Source of the DNA: Candidatus Lokiarchaeum ossiferum
Lineage (GTDB): Archaea > Asgardarchaeota > Lokiarchaeia > Sigyniarchaeales > Promethearchaeaceae
Reading direction: 5' to 3'
Assembly (NCBI GenBank): GCA_025839675.1
Contig: CP104013.1
Location: forward strand, 1,740,001-1,772,000
DNA length: 32,000 nt
Each line of letters opens with the position of its first letter. Positions within the stretch are counted from its first letter, which is position 1. The notes beneath the pieces are model-generated. The model was not told the origin of the DNA. It ran no database searches and saw only the letters and a list, made by a program, of their open reading frames with translations. Positions 1 to 7,723 of the stretch are shown piece by piece. The position numbers and the translations under genes are program-made.

Positions 1-1
1 C

Positions 2-916
2 ATTCCTATATTTCTATTCATTTTGATATATATTCACAGTGTCGCACAATTACCTGATAGTCTAGTAGATGTTGCAATCACTTTAACCGAAAATACCGCT
101 TTTCTACTAATCTATTCATTTGTTGGTTTAGGATTACTTGTTTCTGCATTTGTTCAAATATTTGCGATACAAAATACAAGAATTTATCAAATTCTATCCC
201 AAAAAGTAGCTCATCTCTTCGTTAAAGATTTAAACCCAATTGTTGCGGAAAATCTTGTTTTAAATCGAAAATGGGGAAAAATTATTTCCTATCTATCAAT
301 TTTCATAGCTTTCTTAACGAGTTTAAATTTAAGTTTTTATTCGCATCTTAATTTTGAGAATTTGTTATTGACTTATTCACCAGAGAATGAAATTGCATAT
401 TCTTTCTTGGGAGCAAATTTAATTTTTTTGAAAGGTACCTTCTCAAAGGAATTTGCAAGTAGTGGTTTTTTTAAAATGATGTATATTGATTTTATCACAA
501 TAGGTCTATTTTTAGCAATAGAACTTGTTTTAACCATCATCACCATTGCTCAAGAAAATAAAAGAGAGAGCCAAAATTTGATTGGACGCGGAATTCCAAA
601 AACTAAAATTTTAAAAATGCTACTAACACAGATATTCATCGTTTTTTTGATTGCAATAATGGTCGGAATTCTTTTTGGTTTCCTATTTGGTCTGGGATTA
701 AATAAAATCACAATTTATCTCCTAATGCTTGAAAATCAGATAAACATTTCAGAGATTCCAATACCGATATTTTATGAATTTTGGACAATTGCTGGCATTA
801 TTTTCATTATTTTCATGTTGGTTTGCATATTATTAACAATTCATTTTGCTCATCAAAAACATGGGGAAAATAACAACCACCCATATCAAATTTCTCCTAT
901 TCTAAAGCATCAATAA
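2..916 (+). CDS. FtsX-like ABC-transporter permease, C-terminal part (5' end outside window)
   Basis: The frame is open from base 2, and the TTG at 23 used by the ORF track is probably an internal Leu. Multiple hydrophobic helices. The segment 'LIGRGIPKTKILKMLLTQIFIVFLIAIMVGILFGFLFG' resembles the FtsX-domain core (basic loop followed by a Gly-rich TM helix). Confidence 0.5.
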   Translation: MPIFLFILIYIHSVAQLPDSLVDVAITLTENTAFLLIYSFVGLGLLVSAFVQIFAIQNTRIYQILSQKVAHLFVKDLNPIVAENLVLNRKWGKIISYLSIFIAFLTSLNLSFYSHLNFENLLLTYSPENEIAYSFLGANLIFLKGTFSKEFASSGFFKMMYIDFITIGLFLAIELVLTIITIAQENKRESQNLIGRGIPKTKILKMLLTQIFIVFLIAIMVGILFGFLFGLGLNKITIYLLMLENQINISEIPIPIFYEFWTIAGIIFIIFMLVCILLTIHFAHQKHGENNNHPYQISPILKHQ

Positions 917-927
917 TTTGGATTAAA

Positions 928-936
928 TTTTTTTTT
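928..936 (+). terminator. Oligo-T tract (T9) 12 nt after the stop of the permease gene
   Basis: A run of nine T directly downstream of the TAA at 914-916. Oligo-T is the known archaeal termination signal, but T runs are common in AT-rich DNA. Confidence 0.35.
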
Positions 937-1002
937 CCTGTCCCTTAATTGTAGTTTATTTGATAAAAAGCAAGAAAAGAAAAAAGAAGGGATCCAAGGT
1001 TT

Positions 1003-2202
1003 TTAATTATTTTTAAATAAAGCAACCAAAGTTATAATGGCACCTTCAAGAACCAAGATAATCCCAGATAAGAAGTGGAAACATGCCATTACCCCAAAAA
1101 CTAGCTTCAAAATCCCCAGCCATAATGGGATATCTTGCATTCTCCGGTTCTTAGCAATTGATCGAAGAATAACGAGATCAATAGAAAGTGCACCCAAAGC
1201 GATAAAGAAATAAATAAGTCCAATTTCATCCAGTGAAATGAAATAAGGATTAGTAAAGCCGAGGATTATAAATCCCAAGAGCGAAGCAAAAATATTCGTT
1301 AAGGAAAGAATAACATCCCCAAAACTTCGCTTATATTTCCAAGAAAATACCGCACTATCAGTAATTGCAATAAACATTACAATAAATCCTTTGAATGCCA
1401 GATATATTCCCACACCTTTGCCAAAAATGGACCCTAAAATTCCGATTATAATAAAATCAATTCCATAATTTTGAAGATCGCGAGATTCAATTTTTTTCCT
1501 TACCCATACGACGTCATACAAGAAAATTATAATTCCTACACCGACCGGTATCAAAGCTCTAAGCAGATCGGATTGATAAGTTGATGAATCACCCGATTGG
1601 AGATCAGGAATTGTAGACATAAGAATAATAATGCCATAAATTAAAAGATGAATCATGGTAAGCGTTGAAGTAATGAGATTCATTCGACGGAAATACGAAT
1701 ATTTTTGCGACAGTGGCGGAGCATCCATATCATTATGAAATATTGACATTCGAGGTCGACGATATTCATTTCGATAATTTGAATCAGATCTTGAATTATA
1801 TGGAGATTTTCGGGGAGAAGAAGCGGTCGTTGCTCGAGGTGAAGAATTTTGATTTGAAGATTTTTTATTTGGTGATGCTTCACTGTGTCCGGATGGAGAA
1901 GATAATTTAGAATCTTGAATTTTCTTCTTTATTCCCGAACCAATACGTTTCGTCCCTTTCCATATTTTTTTTGTACCTTCACCAAGTTTTTTAGACCCTT
2001 TTTTTAGATTTAGTCCAAGGTCAGAGAAAACTTGTTCTTTATTGGAATTATTCGAAGAAGAAATATGGATTGTTTGCATTTGGAATTTTTTACCACATTT
2101 CTCGCAATAAACAGATTTACCATTCATTAAATTGGTATATTGTTCCGATGTTAGTTGATTTCCGCAGTCTGTGCAAAATAATGGTTGTGTAGGTTGGCTC
2201 AT
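1003..2202 (-). CDS. Zn-ribbon-headed polytopic membrane protein (uncharacterised family)
   Basis: N-terminal C-x2-C-x19-C-x2-C ('CTDCGNQLTSEQYTNLMNGKSVYCEKCGKKF'). This is followed by a K/S/N/R-rich low-complexity linker with a 4x heptapeptide repeat, then about 6-7 hydrophobic helices to the C-terminus. ATG start. Paralogous to 3391-5142. Confidence 0.8.
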   Translation of the reverse strand: MSQPTQPLFCTDCGNQLTSEQYTNLMNGKSVYCEKCGKKFQMQTIHISSSNNSNKEQVFSDLGLNLKKGSKKLGEGTKKIWKGTKRIGSGIKKKIQDSKLSSPSGHSEASPNKKSSNQNSSPRATTASSPRKSPYNSRSDSNYRNEYRRPRMSIFHNDMDAPPLSQKYSYFRRMNLITSTLTMIHLLIYGIIILMSTIPDLQSGDSSTYQSDLLRALIPVGVGIIIFLYDVVWVRKKIESRDLQNYGIDFIIIGILGSIFGKGVGIYLAFKGFIVMFIAITDSAVFSWKYKRSFGDVILSLTNIFASLLGFIILGFTNPYFISLDEIGLIYFFIALGALSIDLVILRSIAKNRRMQDIPLWLGILKLVFGVMACFHFLSGIILVLEGAIITLVALFKNN

Positions 2203-2239
2203 AATATTAAACTCGAGAAGTTTTTAAAAAAATGATTGA

Positions 2240-3316
2240 TTAAAAATATAAATGAAATGGCGGAACCTTATACAAGGAATTGTATTCTTTTAGGAGATCT
2301 ACATTAACGCTCAGAGATTTTCCATCCTTGAAAATTAAATTTAAAGAAATTAAATTCTTAATATGATACTGAATTGCTCCATGATACACTCCTAACCTGC
2401 GGGCAATTTCAGATAAACCAATACTTTCCTGCATTAGTAATATCATAATTTGCACCACCAAAGGGTTTGAAAATAACACAACAAACTCATCAAATGTTTC
2501 TGGAACATCGATTAGAAAATAGTTTTGAGTGCGACCAATTTTTTTAGTACGAATTAATCCAAAAGCGTCTAAGACCATTACATGTTTAATAAAAGGATTT
2601 CTGGTGATCCCAAGTTCTTCAGTGATTGCTGGATCACGAGCATGAGTACCAGGATGTTCATGAATAAATTTGATTACATTTTTTAAAATGGGTGAATTTA
2701 ATATTTCGTATCGAGTCCTTCTTTGTTCGGTGACCAACCAATATTCATTTTTTAAATTTTGAATCGCAGCGAATATTTCTTCTCGAGTAAAACCTTTAGT
2801 ATAAGTCAACTTTGCAACACATTTGGAATGTAGCTGCTCTACCAAAGGACTCATCATCTCAATTCGATCAGCAGTCAATTCTGCAGAATACTTTTTTTTC
2901 TTCAAAATGGTTTTGGCAATTTCAAGAATGCTTTTTTCTAATTCAGAGAGTTTTTCATACTGAGAAGCAAGTTTAGCCAAAGGATCTTTTTTGGCTTTTT
3001 TTAATTGAGCGATAGTCTTTTGGACATCTCTGCTTAGATTTGGAGATGATTTTTGTTCAGATTGGACTTTAGAAATAGAGTTTGTTTGTTTTTCCTCTGA
3101 ATTGGTAGAAATGGATGCATTTACGGAATTGATTTGAGTTTCTTCTAAATTTTTATGGGAAGGGAGAGATTCTGCAGTAGAAGGAAAAGGGGATAAAGGT
3201 GTTTCTTCAATATGCACCTTTTCTAAAACAATTTCTTGAACCGAATCAGATTCAGATAATTGTGATTCAATTTCAGAACTTTTCTTCTTTTGTTTTGGTC
3301 TAACTTTCTCTGCCAT
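2240..3316 (-). CDS. Winged-helix (ArsR-like) DNA-binding protein with disordered N-terminus and coiled-coil segment
   Basis: The C-terminal half contains HTH-like units 'ILKNVIKFIHEHPGTHARDPAITEELGITRNPFIKHVMVLDAFGLIRTKKIG' and 'LMQESIGLSEIARRLGVYHGAIQYHIKNLISLNLIFKDGK'. The N-terminal ~110 aa are S/E/Q-rich low complexity. Confidence 0.7.
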   Translation of the reverse strand: MAEKVRPKQKKKSSEIESQLSESDSVQEIVLEKVHIEETPLSPFPSTAESLPSHKNLEETQINSVNASISTNSEEKQTNSISKVQSEQKSSPNLSRDVQKTIAQLKKAKKDPLAKLASQYEKLSELEKSILEIAKTILKKKKYSAELTADRIEMMSPLVEQLHSKCVAKLTYTKGFTREEIFAAIQNLKNEYWLVTEQRRTRYEILNSPILKNVIKFIHEHPGTHARDPAITEELGITRNPFIKHVMVLDAFGLIRTKKIGRTQNYFLIDVPETFDEFVVLFSNPLVVQIMILLMQESIGLSEIARRLGVYHGAIQYHIKNLISLNLIFKDGKSLSVNVDLLKEYNSLYKVPPFHLYF

Positions 3317-3390
3317 CAGTAATTTCCCAGTATTTTTTTTTGTTATTTTTATTATTATTTTCTATTCCTTAAATAATTTAGACTCCGGTT

Positions 3391-5142
3391 TCACTTTACT
3401 GTCTGCTCAAGGAAAGAAACAAATTCTTCTTGCTTTTCAAATGGGAGATATTCTAATTGCTCCACTAAGAACCGACGTTGTTGAGGTTCAATTGGAAGCA
3501 CATGTATACGTTTGATATATTGTTCAAACACGACTTCTGGATCTTGATTAATATTCTGGAGTTCATCCATATATCTCAATTGATGTTCTTTTTCGAGATA
3601 AATCAGAGCTTTGGAAATTAAATCCCGTTCTTCATCGGTTACTGATAATTTAACAAATTTTTCGCGAACTGTAGGATCTAAAACGGAATAAATTTCTTTT
3701 GCAATATCACCAGGCAAAAAAATAGACTTATCTGAAAGTTTAGTCTCTCTCAAAGGAAGAACTGGAAGAACTACATTGTTTTCAATAGGATTCTTTGAGG
3801 ATTGTGCATTTTTATTCTCCAAATTTTGATAGGAAGTGTCGAATAATGGTCGACCTGTAGCGGGATCAAACCTAGCTTTTAAGTGACCATTTTGTCCACG
3901 TTCACCATACGAATAATCATTTTTCTTGGTGGCCACGATCTTTGGGCGAATTTGACTGATTTCCAATGTGGATGGAAGTGGATGGATCAATTCTTGTTCT
4001 TTTTTTTGATAAACTAGCATTAATATTGCAAAAATAAGAACAGGAACACCAATGCAACCATTAGTTGATGTGAATACACCAAGAATTAACATTGTAATTA
4101 TTTCTTTATTTGGAATATCTTCAACGGGTGTTTTGACAAGGAGAGGATTAATTTTGGATTTTAGAATACTCAAAGAAATGGAACTAAATACCAAGATCCA
4201 GACAAGATTAAATACAGATGCACCCGATCTAGATCCTTTAACAAATTCATTGATGCTAAAGAGGATTCCAGAAAAGAAAAACATAAATATCAAGTTTTGA
4301 AAAACTGAAATGAATGATAAAATCACTTCCCGAAACCACAAAACTCCTGAAAGATCGCCACTTCCCTTAACGGCAATATGATTTGGACTTTTTATTTTTA
4401 GTTCTTGGATGAAATTCACTAAATATAAAATACCCCGAGTTAAAAGGAAAATTCCTGCGCCAAAGGCATGTAAACTGAAAACACCCATTATTATAAGTGA
4501 AATTCCCGCATGAGGTACATTTTGGGCTCTAATACTGGGACTTGCAATTTTTAAATCATATGAAACCACGATCGCTAAAATCACTACCGCTCCCGAAAAA
4601 TACAAGGGTGTAACACCGCGATCGACTAAATTGAAAATTGCCATAGCAAAAATAATTGCATAATAAACGGGAGCCAATTGAGTCAATAATTCAATAGCTG
4701 TGGTTATACCATTTTTATTTGGTACCCTGTTTTGCGAATGTTCAGGAAATGTTGATGATGATGTTGTTAATGGAATTTCGGGTTTAGAGACATCGAATGT
4801 ATGTGATGAATTCCCAGATTCTTTTTTTTTTTGTTTCCGAGCTTTATATTGTTTCCACTCAGTTTGAAAAGAATTTTTAATATTATTCCACTCTTTCTTC
4901 CACTCTATCCACTGAATTTCTTTTTTATTTAAATTTGGAGTATTTTCATCTTGTTCAGGTGATTTTTCCAAAGGCTTTACATCACCATCTTGAGAAATAC
5001 CAGTAAACGCAAACCCACACATCTCACAATATACTGTTTGACCATCAAGCAAGTAAGAAATTAACTCGCCATTAAGTCGGGTATTGCACTCCGGACATTT
5101 AATATCCGGGTTTTTTTTAGAATCGTGGAATTGATGTGACAT
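3391..5142 (-). CDS. Zn-ribbon-headed polytopic membrane protein with ~200-aa C-terminal soluble domain
   Basis: N-terminal C-x2-C-x19-C-x2-C ('CPECNTRLNGELISYLLDGQTVYCEMCGFAF'), then a W/K-rich linker ('IQWIEWKKEWNNIKNSFQTEWKQYKARKQKKK'). About 7 hydrophobic helices follow, then a helical soluble tail ending 'FLVEQLEYLPFEKQEEFVSFLEQTVK'. Confidence 0.8.
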   Translation of the reverse strand: MSHQFHDSKKNPDIKCPECNTRLNGELISYLLDGQTVYCEMCGFAFTGISQDGDVKPLEKSPEQDENTPNLNKKEIQWIEWKKEWNNIKNSFQTEWKQYKARKQKKKESGNSSHTFDVSKPEIPLTTSSSTFPEHSQNRVPNKNGITTAIELLTQLAPVYYAIIFAMAIFNLVDRGVTPLYFSGAVVILAIVVSYDLKIASPSIRAQNVPHAGISLIIMGVFSLHAFGAGIFLLTRGILYLVNFIQELKIKSPNHIAVKGSGDLSGVLWFREVILSFISVFQNLIFMFFFSGILFSINEFVKGSRSGASVFNLVWILVFSSISLSILKSKINPLLVKTPVEDIPNKEIITMLILGVFTSTNGCIGVPVLIFAILMLVYQKKEQELIHPLPSTLEISQIRPKIVATKKNDYSYGERGQNGHLKARFDPATGRPLFDTSYQNLENKNAQSSKNPIENNVVLPVLPLRETKLSDKSIFLPGDIAKEIYSVLDPTVREKFVKLSVTDEERDLISKALIYLEKEHQLRYMDELQNINQDPEVVFEQYIKRIHVLPIEPQQRRFLVEQLEYLPFEKQEEFVSFLEQTVK

Positions 5143-5735
5143 ATTTTTTTCACAAAATTGTTTGGTCTAATATCAGATAGAATTTACAGACTTAATTATT
5201 ATTTCGAGGCCGATTTCTATCAAAAGTTTCATGTGAAGAGCGTTGTTTTTTTTTATTCTATTTAAAATTTGAATATATTGGATTATATTTTTTTGGGTTT
5301 TTTGATATTTATTATTGATTTTTAAAAGCTCATTTTTTAATCCAAAAATTTACTTTGTCATAATAACTATGAATAATCAATTTTTTTGGAACCATTACTA
5401 ATATTTGTAAAAAATTTCAGAGAATTACAGTTTTCGGTAATATAAAAGATTTCTATTTAAAGTTGTTGTTGGATTTTTTCTAAGTTTCCATTTATTCTAA
5501 CAAAAGATAGGAATGATAAAAATCAAACCTATTTGAATCAGCAAAGAGAAATATTTTGTAAAAAATTTTAGAAGGATGAATCAAATATGGTAGTTGAATT
5601 ACTCAAGATAGTCGATTTTTCGGAATTTGGAGATCGAATAGAAAAATATTAAGCTTGAAACGCAACGAAAAATCGGAACTATAAATTAATTCACAGGAAA
5701 TGTCTTATAGACGAAAAAAAAATCTGATTCTACCC

Positions 5736-5778
5736 GATGGACAGATGGTTTTACCCCCCAAAAAATCATTTGTCCATC
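5736..5778. repeat. 12-bp inverted repeat (GATGGACAGATG / CATTTGTCCATC) with a 19-nt C/A-rich spacer, 44 nt upstream of the 5822 start
   Basis: Arms at 5736-5747 and 5767-5778 are complementary at 11/12 positions in DNA (12/12 in RNA, counting one G-U pair). It is the only G+C-containing symmetric element in a 679-bp gene-free region. Confidence 0.6.
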
Positions 5779-5821
5779 ATCCTCTTTCTATTACCAAATT
5801 AACGACTCATTAACAATCTTT

Positions 5822-6811
5822 ATGAAGAAACCCTTTTTCATTTTCAATATGAACTTTGAAAACCATTCCCTCAGAATTGGACCCACTGGCGCAAAAAAAG
5901 AACTATTCTTTATGCCGGGAAGAGGAGGAAAATTGAGAAAAGGAAAACGGGAAGAACTACCAGAATATTTTGCAAAATTAGGGTTAAATGCCTACGAATT
6001 TCCAGCAGGAAGAATGTCGCATCTCAATGATGGTCCAGCTTATCAAAAGTTACGCGAAAACTCTACAATTTATGATGTAGCGATTTCTCTTCATGCACCG
6101 TACTATATCTCTTTAACTAGTGATAATGAAGAAACTTTCAAAGCTTCAATTGAACGGATTGCTCATGCTTACGCTTGGGCAACTTATCTTAATGCTCATA
6201 GAATAGTCTTACACCCTGGAACTTTTGGAGATTTGGCAAGGAAATTGAGCCCAAATCAATTAATTAAAGGAGAATTTCACCCCCAATCTCAAAAAAAAAT
6301 TCATAAAATAATCCAAGGAATATCCGCAGGGATAGAGCGATCTGGAGATTTATATCCAAACCTAAAAGAAAAGTTTAGAAAAATTTGTATCTGTCCAGAA
6401 ACAATGGGCAAACATGGACAAATCGGTCCTACTCCGATGATTATTCAAATATGCAAAGACATCGGTGTGGATAAAGTTCGACCTTGTATTGATTTTGGAC
6501 ACTTATACGCCCGAAATGTAGGTAAACTACAAGGTCGTAAATTATATGAGACAGTATTCCAGAAAATTGAAGAAGAACTTGGTTCTCATGTATTACAACA
6601 TCTCCATATCCATTATTCAAAAATTGAATACACCCAAAAAGGGGAAAAAAAACATGTTGGAAATACTGATTCTTTATGGGGTCCAGAAATTAAACCGTTG
6701 CTTGAAATCATTCAAGAACAATCACTTACACCTACGATAATCAATGAAAGTCCAGAATTAGAACCGGATGCAGTTCAAATTATGAAGGAATGGAAAAATC
6801 TGAGAAAATGA
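5822..6811 (+). CDS. Endonuclease IV-like / xylose-isomerase-like TIM-barrel metalloenzyme (AP endonuclease family 2)
   Basis: Ordered metal-ligand-like motifs: 'SLHAPYYISL', 'IVLHPG', 'CPETMGK', 'CIDFGHLY', 'LHIHYS', 'INESPE'. An alternative start at ATG 5849 ('MNFENHSLRIGPTG') is possible. Confidence 0.7.
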   Translation: MKKPFFIFNMNFENHSLRIGPTGAKKELFFMPGRGGKLRKGKREELPEYFAKLGLNAYEFPAGRMSHLNDGPAYQKLRENSTIYDVAISLHAPYYISLTSDNEETFKASIERIAHAYAWATYLNAHRIVLHPGTFGDLARKLSPNQLIKGEFHPQSQKKIHKIIQGISAGIERSGDLYPNLKEKFRKICICPETMGKHGQIGPTPMIIQICKDIGVDKVRPCIDFGHLYARNVGKLQGRKLYETVFQKIEEELGSHVLQHLHIHYSKIEYTQKGEKKHVGNTDSLWGPEIKPLLEIIQEQSLTPTIINESPELEPDAVQIMKEWKNLRK

Positions 6812-6826
6812 TATTATAGCTTCAAA

Positions 6827-6835
6827 TTTTTTTTT
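6827..6835 (+). terminator. Oligo-T tract (T9) 16 nt after the stop at 6811
   Basis: A run of nine T immediately downstream of the TGA stop. Confidence 0.35.
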
Positions 6836-6866
6836 AACAAGGCTTCATTAATCTCCATGAAAAATA

Positions 6867-7436
6867 ATGCCTTTTTGCAATGCTTGCGCGGTTTTTGAAC
6901 CAAAATTGGATGAAAATGGTTTTTGTAATGAATGCTCTATGAAATATGTACAAGGTGAGATTTCCGAGCAAACTATTAAAAATCAAATACGAATAATTGA
7001 AAATCAATTAGATCTCAATTCCCTAACTTATACAAAAAATTTAGATTATGTTCCATTGCTTTCCACATCTCAGATCTCTTCATCAACTTCATTACTTAAC
7101 ACTCTTATTAATGAAGAGGAAACCATACGAGATAATGAAAATAATATTCAAGGTGCAAGAGACATGCAAAATCACGACTTTCGTCGTTCTTCCATTGCTC
7201 TAACCACTTCAATATTAGGATTCATTCTTCTCTTCATTCCAAGCACTCAAATTATTGGATTTGTCTTACTTACTTCTGGAATGATCATGGCTATCGGTGC
7301 TCGTCGGTTAGAAGGGAGAAATTGGCGTCAATTAGCAGCGACAGGAATTTCTTTCATATTTTGGATCTTAATTATTATTACTATCATTATGTTAATGAAC
7401 GATCCTACACTGCTCGATCAACTTGCTACGATGTAA
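6867..7436 (+). CDS. Small Zn-ribbon-headed membrane protein
   Basis: N-terminal C-x2-C-x12-C-x2-C ('FCNACAVFEPKLDENGFCNECS'), a polar linker, then C-terminal hydrophobic helices ('LTTSILGFILLFIPSTQIIGFVLLTSGMIMAIG', 'ATGISFIFWILIIITIIMLM'). Confidence 0.75.
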   Translation: MPFCNACAVFEPKLDENGFCNECSMKYVQGEISEQTIKNQIRIIENQLDLNSLTYTKNLDYVPLLSTSQISSSTSLLNTLINEEETIRDNENNIQGARDMQNHDFRRSSIALTTSILGFILLFIPSTQIIGFVLLTSGMIMAIGARRLEGRNWRQLAATGISFIFWILIIITIIMLMNDPTLLDQLATM

Positions 7437-7476
7437 AGATCGCAATCTTTTTTACACACAAAAGAAAATGTAATTC

Positions 7477-7695
7477 ATGGATTCTCAAAATTTATCGAAA
7501 GAAGAACAATTCATCCTTCAAGCGATTCAAGAACATGGGCAAAGTGGAAAATCGATGGGATACAAAGAATTACAAAACATTTGTGCGGATGAATTTGAAG
7601 GAGTACGTTTGATTTTAAAAAAAATGAAAGCAAAAAAAATAGTTGATTTCGAAGGGATGATTCCTGGTTTTGCAGCAATAATTACTCTTCTTTAA
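7477..7695 (+). CDS. Small winged-helix-like protein (72 aa)
   Basis: 'LSKEEQFILQAIQEHGQSGKSMGYKELQNICADEFEGVRLILKKMKAKKIVDFEG' has the helix-turn-helix-wing pattern of small wH proteins. It lies 40 nt downstream of 6867-7436 on the same strand. Confidence 0.55.
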   Translation: MDSQNLSKEEQFILQAIQEHGQSGKSMGYKELQNICADEFEGVRLILKKMKAKKIVDFEGMIPGFAAIITLL

Positions 7696-7723
7696 GTCAA
7701 TTAATTAAAGAAAAAATTAATTC

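Noticed and set aside
1680-1910. Two overlapping ORFs (1680-1883 minus, 1713-1910 plus) inside the Zn-ribbon membrane protein gene
   Set aside because: Both lie entirely within the low-complexity linker-coding part of 1003-2202 and translate to compositionally odd sequence with no motif. The 399-aa frame, with its ribbon and TM domain, explains the region.
4052-4300. 82-aa plus-strand ORF
   Set aside because: It is antisense to the membrane domain of 3391-5142. It has no start context or motif and is typical shadow-ORF noise.
5143-5821. Possible replication origin, given the long AT-rich gene-free region
   Set aside because: There is no adjacent orc1/cdc6 gene and no multi-copy ORB-like repeat set, only one 2-copy direct repeat and one inverted repeat. 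AT-richness is genome-wide here, so the evidence is insufficient.
7322-7612. 96-aa plus-strand ORF bridging 6867-7436 and 7477-7695
   Set aside because: It is out of frame with and overlaps two better-supported genes. Its translation is Y/N/K-rich noise.
7696-7723. AT-only inverted repeat (AATTAAT...ATTAATT) between convergent genes, considered as a possible hairpin terminator
   Set aside because: The stem consists only of A/T pairs in a 28-nt gap. It is too weak and too likely by chance in this composition to call.
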